From a virus (Duplodnaviria; Heunggongvirae; Uroviricota; Caudoviricetes), in IMG/VR virus record IMGVR_UViG_2802429248_000011, positions 1-19,329 of that record: a stretch of 19,329 nucleotides of DNA; one strand, 5' to 3'. Numbering within the stretch: the stretch's first letter is position 1; each line of letters starts with the position of its first letter. Under the pieces are notes generated by a model. The model saw only the letters and a program-made list of their open reading frames with translations. It did no database searches and had not been told where the DNA came from. Below are positions 8,212 through 15,313 of this stretch, in pieces. Both the position numbers and the translations under genes were made by a program.

Positions 8212-8469
8212 TCACGCAGTAAACTCCTTCACCAGCGTTTCAAACTGGCTTACCTGGCCTTCCAGTTCCGCCACGCAATCCACCAGCTCATCCACCGCCT
8301 TTTGTGTGCGGTGTTTTGCCTGCAGCAGATCACGCAGCGCCGGAGTAAGCTGCTTGCAGAGCGTATCCTTTGCCACGCTCGTTTTTTCCATCTGTTCAGC
8401 ACAACGAAGCATCTCCTGTGCCTGCCGACGAAGTTGTTCCGGTGAAACAGTGGTTGTTCTGTTATTCAA
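8212..8469 (-). CDS. Hypothetical small coiled-coil protein (85 aa)
   Basis: ORF MNNRTTTVSPEQLRRQAQEMLRCAEQMEK... whose TTG start overlaps the DnaB-like stop (TTGA), suggesting translational coupling; no recognised family. Confidence 0.45.
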   Translation of the reverse strand: MNNRTTTVSPEQLRRQAQEMLRCAEQMEKTSVAKDTLCKQLTPALRDLLQAKHRTQKAVDELVDCVAELEGQVSQFETLVKEFTA

Positions 8470-9866
8470 AATAAACGCTCCGTTTTACTGCCCGACATGC
8501 GTTTATTGCTGTATCTGCGCGGATTGCCCGGAGTCATGGGTGTGGAAAGAACCCGGGCACTCTCCTGGTCCACAGGCAGAAAATGTCCGTTATAAAAACG
8601 CCGGTAAATCGTCCCCAGAGAACCGTTACGTTGTTTCGTGATATTGATTTCTGCGATGCCCCTGGCCTGCGTATCCGGGTTGTACACTTCATCCCTGTAA
8701 AGCATCAGAATGATGTCTGCATCCGCCTCTATTTCTCCGGAATTTTTCAGGTCCGAGTTCATGGGGCGTTTATTGGGTCTGGATTCCACGCCGCGGGAGA
8801 GCTGGCTAAGAGCAATCAGCGGAAAACCGCCGGATTTTGCCAGGCTTTTAAGTCCCTTTGAGATTTCCCCCACCGCAAGGTCGTGACGCCCCGTGCTGCG
8901 GGTTTTAATCAGGCCGAGGTAATCGACCACCACCAGCGCCGTTTCCGGGTGTTTCATCCGGTGGTGCTTCGTGGTTGCACATATCTCATCAATGGTCAGG
9001 TTTGCCTGGTCCACCATCCAGATATTACGCCCCGTCATTCGTCCCACGCCCTGCGAGAAACGCGCCCAGTCTTCATCTTCAAAACGGGCAACAGACTTAA
9101 GACGTGATACCGGCATTCCTCCAGCCGCAGACACCATACGTTCACCAATCTGGATGTTCGACATCTCCATGGTGAACAGAAGCACACCATGCCCCTGCTC
9201 AGTCACCTTGTCGATGATGTCCAGCGCAAGTTCGGTTTTCCCCATCGAAGGACGGGCGGCAATGAATACCAGGTCTCCGGGCTCCATACCGCCCGTTTTT
9301 GCGTCCAGTTCATCAATACCGGTCATCAGCGCCCTGGATTTCTCCAGTCCCTGATTGCGGCATTCAACACGGTCGACCACTTCCGGAAGGACATCATCAA
9401 TGTGAACCGGCTGAATGACGCCCTTTCCTGTCGACAGTGTGACCATCATGTTCTGCGCATCCTTCAGAGCATCCTCGGCTGCTTCACAGGTATGCGCATC
9501 ACGTAAATTCTGTAATGCTTCAGTCAGTGTTTTTTCTGCATCGCGCAGTGCGGCATTTCGCCGCAGCGCTGCAACATAGTGCTCCAGTGAAGACTTCACC
9601 CAGGTTTTACGCCCGGTGTCGGTAATCACCGGGGCAAGTTCCGGCATCTCATTGCACAGCAGCACGGGGTCAATGACGCCGGATACGCGAGCCTGTCTGC
9701 AAATCCCCGCGTAAATATCCCTGTACTGACGCACGAAAAAGACATCCGCCGGAAGCGTGGCCAGAATATCCATCACTTCCGGATCAGCCCCACGCAGAAA
9801 AAACGCGCCAATCACGGCACCTTCCAGGTCATCGTTACGCCATGCCGGATTTGTCGTTTTTGTCAT
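8466..9866 (-). CDS. Replicative DNA helicase, DnaB-like
   Basis: 466 aa from ATG 9866 (ATGA overlap with the upstream DnaC-like stop). Walker A ...FIAARPSMGKTELAL... and DnaB C-terminal RecA-like domain motifs. Confidence 0.9.
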   Translation of the reverse strand: MTKTTNPAWRNDDLEGAVIGAFFLRGADPEVMDILATLPADVFFVRQYRDIYAGICRQARVSGVIDPVLLCNEMPELAPVITDTGRKTWVKSSLEHYVAALRRNAALRDAEKTLTEALQNLRDAHTCEAAEDALKDAQNMMVTLSTGKGVIQPVHIDDVLPEVVDRVECRNQGLEKSRALMTGIDELDAKTGGMEPGDLVFIAARPSMGKTELALDIIDKVTEQGHGVLLFTMEMSNIQIGERMVSAAGGMPVSRLKSVARFEDEDWARFSQGVGRMTGRNIWMVDQANLTIDEICATTKHHRMKHPETALVVVDYLGLIKTRSTGRHDLAVGEISKGLKSLAKSGGFPLIALSQLSRGVESRPNKRPMNSDLKNSGEIEADADIILMLYRDEVYNPDTQARGIAEINITKQRNGSLGTIYRRFYNGHFLPVDQESARVLSTPMTPGNPRRYSNKRMSGSKTERLF

Positions 9867-10753
9867 GCTGCCACACCTCTGATATGCGCACGGTAGCTTT
9901 CCCAACCAAACACCAGGCAGTTACACCCACCATCAGTAACGCGATCCACAATCCGTTCACCAATGGATTCTTTAAGCTGTTCAAACGTCAGGTTGCTGAT
10001 CAAAATTGTCGGTAAAACGCTTTCGTAACGCGCATTTATGATTTCCTGCAGGATGGTTATCTCTGTAGGCGTGCCGAACTGCACACCAACCTCATCAATG
10101 ATCAGCAGGTTCAGTGAGGCGAAATGAGCGAGAACTTCATCCTCGGTACGCTCTGAATTGTGGCGCCAGGTATTTTTCACAGCGCGGGTCAGTCGCATAA
10201 CATCCGTAATTTCGACGGTCGCCTGGTGGTGGCGAATAATATTTTTTGCCATTGATACAGCCAGATGATTTTTCCCGGTACCACAATTGCCAATCATGAC
10301 CATGCTGGTACCCGCAGCAAGACACTTCTCCCATGAACCGGCATAGCGCCGACAAGCCTCAAGATTTCTCTGTGCGTCAGCATTCACCGCCTGATAATTC
10401 TCAAACTCGCAGTTCTGGAAGCGGCGGGCAATACCAGCCCTGTCGAGTAATTCATGAACTTTCAGGATGCGTAACGCCTCCTGTACCTGATCCAGCTCAT
10501 TCGCAATGCAGGTCGGGCAACCAGACACCCGTTTGATGGTTTCCCCACGAACATCTGGCCCTTTCAACACCAGACGTGTGTATTTCCCGTGTTTCTCACA
10601 CTCAGCAGTATCCTCGCTTGTCAGCCAGTGTTCACAGCGCCACGGACGCTTCCCGACACGGGCAAACTGCATCTCCTCCTCCAGTTCCGCCCTGCGGTTG
10701 AGCAATTGCGCTTTGTCGTGTTGTGCGTAGTGTTTTTTTAACTGTTCAAACAT
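9863..10753 (-). CDS. Helicase loader, DnaC/IstB-like AAA+ ATPase
   Basis: 296 aa. Walker A GNCGTGKNHLA and Walker B LLIIDEVG; GAGGTGA Shine-Dalgarno before ATG 10753. Confidence 0.88.
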   Translation of the reverse strand: MFEQLKKHYAQHDKAQLLNRRAELEEEMQFARVGKRPWRCEHWLTSEDTAECEKHGKYTRLVLKGPDVRGETIKRVSGCPTCIANELDQVQEALRILKVHELLDRAGIARRFQNCEFENYQAVNADAQRNLEACRRYAGSWEKCLAAGTSMVMIGNCGTGKNHLAVSMAKNIIRHHQATVEITDVMRLTRAVKNTWRHNSERTEDEVLAHFASLNLLIIDEVGVQFGTPTEITILQEIINARYESVLPTILISNLTFEQLKESIGERIVDRVTDGGCNCLVFGWESYRAHIRGVAA

Positions 10754-10772
10754 TGTTCATCACCTCGAAAAA

Positions 10773-11582
10773 TCACCAGTTGAAGTTCGTTGAACCGTAG
10801 TCCTGCTCACTGAATCCCGAGATCGGGAGGCCGGTAGTTCGCCCACCTCCGGGAGCGGCTGGCTGTTGCCAAGATTCCTCGAAGTGACGATCGGGTCCAA
10901 AGAACGTCGCAGCCTGCTTCACGAACTGTGTGCCGATATTTCCGGTAGCTCGTACCCAGGCGGCATACCGCTTCACGCCATCAAGCATGGTCTCCGGTTT
11001 TATTCCCTCCCTGATACGGGCTTTCCAGGCTTTGAAGGCTGCTGACTTGGAATTGCCACCGGCACGTTTGGGATATTCCTGCCAGGCCTGTTCAAATTCC
11101 GGTGAATATTCCTGTCGGGCAGAACGCGCTGGTGCAGACGCGTCAGCGGATGCGCCAATAGTTGATTCATTGACTGGTTCTTTGACTGGTTCAAAAGAGT
11201 GACTGGTTCTGGGTGAATCTCCTGCACTACCCCCTAGTGCAACTCCTGCACCACCTGGTGAATTTGTTGCACTAGGTAGTGAATTATTTGCACTACCACC
11301 TAGTGAATCTTTTGCACCATCAAGACGAAGAAGATAAATATTGCTCGAGTTGCCTTTTTCACCTTTCCGGGAAACTTTTTTTACCAGTCCCGATTCACAA
11401 AGAGCCGTAATATGATTCATCACAGAACGTTTGCTAATCTCGCACTGATCAGCAATATGCTGATAGCTGGGCCAGCACTCGCCCTGATCGCTGGCATTAT
11501 CAGCCAGCTTAATCAGAACCAGTTTTCGCAATGGATTCCCCACACGAATTTTCATCGCTTTAACCATCAGCTCCATGCTCAT
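10773..11582 (-). CDS. Replication initiator (lambda O-like; N-terminal winged-HTH, low-complexity linker, C-terminal domain)
   Basis: 269 aa. GGGAGG Shine-Dalgarno before ATG 11582. Direct repeats with internal dyad symmetry (iterons) lie in the linker-coding part of the gene, as in lambda O/ori. Confidence 0.8.
   Translation of the reverse strand: MSMELMVKAMKIRVGNPLRKLVLIKLADNASDQGECWPSYQHIADQCEISKRSVMNHITALCESGLVKKVSRKGEKGNSSNIYLLRLDGAKDSLGGSANNSLPSATNSPGGAGVALGGSAGDSPRTSHSFEPVKEPVNESTIGASADASAPARSARQEYSPEFEQAWQEYPKRAGGNSKSAAFKAWKARIREGIKPETMLDGVKRYAAWVRATGNIGTQFVKQAATFFGPDRHFEESWQQPAAPGGGRTTGLPISGFSEQDYGSTNFNW
11223..11310. repeat. Origin-of-replication iterons (four ~20-22 bp repeats with internal dyad symmetry) inside the initiator gene
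   Basis: TGCACTACCCCCTAGTGCAA / TGCACCACCTGGTGAATT / TGCACTAGGTAGTGAATT / TGCACTACCACCTAGTGAAT in tandem. Adjacent at 11165-11215 are three copies of TGACTGGTTC. Confidence 0.7.
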
Positions 11583-11803
11583 AGAGCACCTCCCAGGCGT
11601 TTAAACATTTTTCCGGACTGAAACGCCATCAACGGATAGCTAATGGTGTAGTTACGCCCCAGTAATTCACACACAACTTTCTGGCTTTCGGTGCTGACCA
11701 GGCAAACCCGCAGAACGTGACCGTTGCTGGTGGCGAACCACTGCCCCACACGGGGGCAACGGTTGTATCGGTGATACAGGGAATTAACGATGTAGCGGAT
11801 CAT
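11579..11803 (-). CDS. Hypothetical protein (74 aa)
   Basis: GGAGGTG Shine-Dalgarno; ATGA overlaps with both the upstream ORF and the initiator gene downstream; no recognised family. Confidence 0.55.
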   Translation of the reverse strand: MIRYIVNSLYHRYNRCPRVGQWFATSNGHVLRVCLVSTESQKVVCELLGRNYTISYPLMAFQSGKMFKRLGGAL

Positions 11804-11994
11804 GGACGCACCTCCGCCGTAGTTACGTATTTAACCGGGCTACCTTTCATTGAGATGGTTTCACACATCTCTGCCGCTTTCAGTTCCGCCGTTTTTCTGG
11901 ATTTATAGCGACGGTGCCAGACAGATACATCCGTGCGAACTGATACATCGTTTCTGTATTCCGTAGTGGAGATGATGATTTCGTAACTAATCAT
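11800..11994 (-). CDS. Hypothetical protein (64 aa)
   Basis: GGGAGG Shine-Dalgarno 7 nt before ATG 11994, which overlaps the upstream stop (ATGA); MISYEIIISTTEYRNDVSVRTDVSVWHRRYKSRKTAELKAAEM... Confidence 0.55.
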   Translation of the reverse strand: MISYEIIISTTEYRNDVSVRTDVSVWHRRYKSRKTAELKAAEMCETISMKGSPVKYVTTAEVRP

Positions 11995-12653
11995 GGGCGT
12001 ACCTCCCATTGATTACGGCGAAAAGCAGTGTGATTCAGGCTGGTTTCAGCCTCATGGAATGCTCCAATGCAGCTCTCGTAGTACCGCATTGTGCGTAGAC
12101 TTAACCCAAGCTGAAGCATCATCAGGCCATCAAGGGTGATGTAATAACCACGCAGGGAGTCACCATAGATGTGGTAAGTACCCGGTATGAAGTTGCGGGT
12201 AAAAAATTCGCGCGAGCAGTTCAGATACTCGATTTTGTCGACGATGTTCTGGTGCATGCGCTTAAAGTGGCAGGCAACATGCAGGGAGAAAATAACAGCT
12301 TTGCCGTTGACGACTTCGATTTTGAGGAATGGGGAAGTTGGGACTGTAGCCATGATGGCAGCCTCCTTGATCGGTGAAAAACTTCCACCACCGGAGCTGC
12401 GAAACTCATGGGTGGTGAACTGAACAGGGTTCGCAGTACCGGCGATCAAGGAAACCGGCGAGCCTTTCGGCTCCCCTGCCCAGCCCACCATAATTCTGGC
12501 GTGCGTGAGCGCAGACGATAAAAAAGACGCTGGCGCGTCGTATATCGCCTTGATCAATTCCGGGCTGCGACCCCCGGCACCCGCTTTATAAGGTGCTGGA
12601 ACAGTGTAACGTCCCGAAATTACAGAATCAATATTTTGGCTTGAAACATTCAT
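11991..12653 (-). CDS. Hypothetical protein with Gly/Ser/Pro/Ala-rich N-terminal region and folded C-terminal domain; start codon uncertain (open frame extends to 12887; strong internal Shine-Dalgarno + ATG at 12353)
   Basis: 897-nt open frame. The first in-frame ATG (12653) lacks a Shine-Dalgarno; an internal ATG at 12353 has AAGGAGG 8 nt upstream. C-terminal domain ...YYITLDGLMMLQLGLSLRTMRYYESCIGAF... is not confidently assignable. Confidence 0.5.
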   Translation of the reverse strand: MNVSSQNIDSVISGRYTVPAPYKAGAGGRSPELIKAIYDAPASFLSSALTHARIMVGWAGEPKGSPVSLIAGTANPVQFTTHEFRSSGGGSFSPIKEAAIMATVPTSPFLKIEVVNGKAVIFSLHVACHFKRMHQNIVDKIEYLNCSREFFTRNFIPGTYHIYGDSLRGYYITLDGLMMLQLGLSLRTMRYYESCIGAFHEAETSLNHTAFRRNQWEVRP

Positions 12654-12677
12654 ATGCTTACTGGTATTTTTACTAAC

Positions 12678-12767
12678 GCAAATGTTCTTGGATGTTACTG
12701 GCTTACTTCTTTGTGAGGTTGCCTTTACTAACGTTGAGCGAGCCGGGTCACTACCCGGCTTTTTTTC
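12678..12767 (+). ncRNA. Candidate oop-like antisense small RNA (about 90 nt)
   Basis: Promoter-like TTGAAA (12641-12646), 18-bp spacer, TG-extended -10 TGgTATTTT (12662-12670), and a strong plus-strand terminator ending at 12767. Antisense to the Rha-2 stop and the region upstream of the next gene. Confidence 0.3.
12741..12767 (+). terminator. Intrinsic terminator oriented against the pR-type operon (antisense terminator)
   Basis: Plus strand AGCCGGGT-CACT-ACCCGGCT followed by T7; on the minus strand the hairpin is preceded by A7 and has no U-tract. Confidence 0.6.
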
Positions 12768-13473
12768 ACCGCTGCCAACCAATAACCTGAAATAACCCCA
12801 TTTTCGGGTGATACCAGCGAGTCCCTCGCGGTTCTGCTTCCGCCATAACCTGATGGAAAGCAGCCATAAACGGTTCCACGGCAACAATTGCGCGACGTGA
12901 CAACAATCCGTCCGGCGTCATGAACTCATGGGTGTCTGTAGGAATTTGATAAGCGTTCACCAGATTGCGGCATTTATCATCTGACAAACCGGTTTTCGCT
13001 TTCAGTTGGCGATATCCGGCATAGCCCTCACGAATGTTGCCCTTTTTGATTTGCTCAACTGTTTCGGCAACGTGGCTGACTTTTTCTTCCACCTGAGTGA
13101 TCCGTTTCTGCTGACGAACAGCTTCAAGAGCCATCGCGGCAACCATTTCGATTTCGCTCATTGGCTTACGGATCTGTTCTTCCAGTTCGCGCCAGCGATC
13201 TACTAGGCGGGCTGTGAATTCGGGACAAAGCTGTGCGACGACAATGATGCTGTCGCGCTTACCTTGTTCGCCTTCGAAGATGTAAGCACCTACATTTCGT
13301 TTTAATCCTAAGTTGTTGATTATTTCGAAATTCGCCATTGGCGCACTTCGAATAATCCCCTTATCCATGAGCCTTTCAATGCTGCGCTTAACATCTTTGT
13401 GTTGGCTGCCCACCAACTCTGCGATTTCAAGGCTGGTCATGGATGCTTTGCCGTTAAAAATTGCGGTGTTCAT
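12766..13473 (-). CDS. Rha-family phage regulatory protein (antirepressor-like)
   Basis: 235 aa. N-terminal ...MTSLEIAELVGSQHKDVKRSIERLMDKG... fits the Rha domain pattern; its ATG overlaps the cro-like stop (ATGA). Confidence 0.78.
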   Translation of the reverse strand: MNTAIFNGKASMTSLEIAELVGSQHKDVKRSIERLMDKGIIRSAPMANFEIINNLGLKRNVGAYIFEGEQGKRDSIIVVAQLCPEFTARLVDRWRELEEQIRKPMSEIEMVAAMALEAVRQQKRITQVEEKVSHVAETVEQIKKGNIREGYAGYRQLKAKTGLSDDKCRNLVNAYQIPTDTHEFMTPDGLLSRRAIVAVEPFMAAFHQVMAEAEPRGTRWYHPKMGLFQVIGWQR

Positions 13474-13733
13474 TGTTGGTCTCCTGTGGGCTTGTCATCC
13501 TCTGTGTGCGCTAAGCTTGGATGTGGAAAAAGCTCTGGTAGGTCTGGACGAAATTCATACGCTTGGATCTTTCCGTCGACAGCTGCAACCAATAACGGCA
13601 CAAATTCTGGTGAAATCTTGTTCTTGCAGTTCAACCAATCGCAGACTGTTGACTGGGCCTTTCCGCATCGCTTGGCTAAGGCTTGCTGACTTCCAAGAAT
13701 CTCAATAGCTTTCTCTATGGCTTTATGTTTCAT
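13470..13733 (-). CDS. cro: Cro-like repressor (Cro/YdaS-family HTH)
   Basis: 87 aa from ATG 13733 (GGAG Shine-Dalgarno): MKHKAIEKAIEILGSQQALAKRCGKAQSTVCDWLNCKNKISPEFVPLLVAAVDG.... Divergent from the CI gene. Longest ORF extends to 13784. Confidence 0.8.
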   Translation of the reverse strand: MKHKAIEKAIEILGSQQALAKRCGKAQSTVCDWLNCKNKISPEFVPLLVAAVDGKIQAYEFRPDLPELFPHPSLAHTEDDKPTGDQQ

Positions 13734-13755
13734 AATCGCATCTCCTATTGAACGC

Positions 13756-13784
13756 ATAATAACAACAGGAAAAGCGATATTCAA
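13756..13784 (-). promoter_or_regulatory. pR-type promoter for the cro-like operon
   Basis: On the minus strand, TTGAAT (-35), a 17-bp spacer and TATTAT (-10), about 20 nt upstream of the cro-like Shine-Dalgarno. Confidence 0.5.
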
Positions 13785-13803
13785 CGTTAAACCTAGAACA
13801 TTT

Positions 13804-13817
13804 ATCGGAAAGCCGAT
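13804..13817. promoter_or_regulatory. Palindromic operator candidate in oR (ATCGGAAAGCCGAT); a weaker related site at 13765-13778
   Basis: 14-bp dyad matching two sites beside the pL-type promoter (ATCGATAAACCGAT, ATCGGTAAACCTAT); located between divergent cI and cro start regions. Confidence 0.45.
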
Positions 13818-13852
13818 AGACTAGCCAAGATAGAGAGGGGAGGAAAATCGCA

Positions 13853-14545
13853 ATGACATTTTCAGAACGACTTGATTTAGCTATGCGCAACGCAAAATTT
13901 ACGCAAGGTAGGCTGGCCAAAGAAGTGGGTATGGCTCAGTCCAGTGTCAATCAACTACTTAACAAAGCCAACGGTTCCAGAAAAACAGTCGAAATAGCAA
14001 AAGTTTTGGGCGTTAACCCGGAATGGCTCGCATCGGGTGTTGGCCCAATGGAAATCGTGACCTCTGCAGACTCACACCAAATACGTAACATTTCTGAAGA
14101 TTGGGTTACTGATTCGTATGTCGTGGATGTTTTAGACATCAGATATAGTTGCGGACCTGGCAGTTATAACTCTGATTTTCCTGACATTGTCAGATCTATA
14201 GCGATAGAACCAGGATACGCATCAAGAGTTTTTGGCGGCAGACCAGCATCAGCAATCAAAGCAATAAACGCCCACGGCGACAGTATGAAAGGCACAATAG
14301 ACCCTGAAGACTTGGTATTTGTAGATGTATCAGTTCGCACATTTAATGGTGATGGTATATACGCCTTTACATACTCTGGAACATCGCACATCAAAAGACT
14401 TCAAAAAATCAAAGATACTCTAACGGTGATATCTGACAACCCAGCTTACAAGGATTGGGCTATCGAACCGGAAGACTTTGAACAACTTCACATTGACGGA
14501 AAAGTAATTGTCAGTTGGCCTATGACACTACACCGTTTTGCATAA
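13853..14545 (+). CDS. cI: CI-type prophage repressor (N-terminal HTH, C-terminal LexA-like S24 autopeptidase domain)
   Basis: 230 aa. N-terminal HTH (..QGRLAKEVGMAQSSVNQLL..) and C-terminal S24 motifs (..HGDSMKGTIDPEDLVFVD.. and ..IKRLQK..). GGAGG Shine-Dalgarno; divergent from cro. Confidence 0.9.
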   Translation: MTFSERLDLAMRNAKFTQGRLAKEVGMAQSSVNQLLNKANGSRKTVEIAKVLGVNPEWLASGVGPMEIVTSADSHQIRNISEDWVTDSYVVDVLDIRYSCGPGSYNSDFPDIVRSIAIEPGYASRVFGGRPASAIKAINAHGDSMKGTIDPEDLVFVDVSVRTFNGDGIYAFTYSGTSHIKRLQKIKDTLTVISDNPAYKDWAIEPEDFEQLHIDGKVIVSWPMTLHRFA

Positions 14546-14563
14546 GCAAAAATCATTTAACCC

Positions 14564-14589
14564 GCCCACTCTTAAGTGGGCTTTTTTTT
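14564..14589 (+). terminator. Intrinsic terminator after the repressor gene
   Basis: GCCCACT-CTTA-AGTGGGC followed by T8. Confidence 0.75.
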
Positions 14590-14596
14590 GGAAAAA

Positions 14597-14638
14597 ATCG
14601 ATAAACCGATTGACAGGCGAAATCGGTAAACCTATTAT
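14597..14638 (+). promoter_or_regulatory. pL-type early-left promoter with two operator dyads
   Basis: Consensus TTGACA (14610-14615), 17-bp spacer, TATTAT (14633-14638). Dyads ATCGATAAACCGAT (14597-14610) and ATCGGTAAACCTAT (14622-14635) overlap the -35 and the spacer/-10. Confidence 0.6.
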
Positions 14639-14687
14639 TATGGCATAGGTATCGAACTCACCAAAGCAATTATAGAGGATGAGAAAA

Positions 14688-15185
14688 ATGTCATCGTATA
14701 TGGGGTTACCAACAAATCAGCACGATGCTCTTGAGAATATTCAGCTCTTAGTCGGGGCTGGTGCACTACTGTATAGCAGCAATAACCCTGAGTTAATTGA
14801 ACTTGCCAGCTCCATCCTGGCTGTAACTCAAAAATATAGCCTCACAGCGTCGCGTTTATGCAAACAAAATTTAGCTATTAATTCCCAGAATCGGATTAGC
14901 ACTCAACGCGAAGCCTGCGGCTTAACAACCGCCGAACTCGCCAGGCTGCTCGATCTCGATGAAGAAATTATCATCCAGTGGGAGAGCGGAGAGTATGAAC
15001 CAACCATCAGCATGCTTATCCCACTGGCAAATATTCTTGGCTGCGATCCGATGTGGCTGTTAACTGGCGAGGTTACTCCTCCGGAGCAACCAAAAAGTGA
15101 GGAGCAGCAACACCATGACGCATCTCAACAAGTTTGCTCCTTATCTCGCGAAGCTCTTCTACGGAAGAACCAATACCAATGGTGA
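14688..15185 (+). CDS. HTH (XRE-family) protein, first gene of the early-left operon; N-terminal domain of unknown function
   Basis: 165 aa from ATG 14688 (AGAGGA Shine-Dalgarno). XRE-type HTH in residues ~95-150 (..CGLTTAELARLLDLDEEIIIQWESGEYEPTISMLIPLANILGCDPMWLLTG..). Occupies the position of N in lambda but is not N-like. Confidence 0.7.
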   Translation: MSSYMGLPTNQHDALENIQLLVGAGALLYSSNNPELIELASSILAVTQKYSLTASRLCKQNLAINSQNRISTQREACGLTTAELARLLDLDEEIIIQWESGEYEPTISMLIPLANILGCDPMWLLTGEVTPPEQPKSEEQQHHDASQQVCSLSREALLRKNQYQW

Positions 15186-15313
15186 CATAATCACCGCTTC
15201 GCCCCTCAAGGTACATGCGAACATTTTTATCAATCATTGCGGAAACAGTCTCAATATGAAAACACTTCTGAGACTCGCTATATAGCAGAACATATAAGTC
15301 AGCTGAGGAAGCC

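Noticed and set aside
8150-8641. 163-aa plus-strand ORF
   Set aside because: Antisense to the DUF968-like, 85-aa and DnaB-like genes; Cys/Ser-rich low-complexity translation typical of a non-coding antisense frame; no Shine-Dalgarno.
8583-9506. Plus-strand ORFs 8583..8861, 8883..9107, 8971..9354, 9189..9506
   Set aside because: Antisense to the DnaB-like helicase gene, which has clear Walker motifs.
10137-10730. ORFs 10137..10355 (-), 10333..10536 (+), 10506..10730 (+)
   Set aside because: Alternative frames within the DnaC-like gene.
11165-11320. Possible CRISPR array (short direct repeats)
   Set aside because: The repeats are ~20 bp with internal dyad symmetry, contiguous without spacers, and lie inside the initiator coding frame; this is an iteron-type origin, not CRISPR.
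12171-12423. Plus-strand ORFs 12171..12377 and 12187..12423
   Set aside because: Antisense to the long minus-strand open frame; no ribosome-binding sites.
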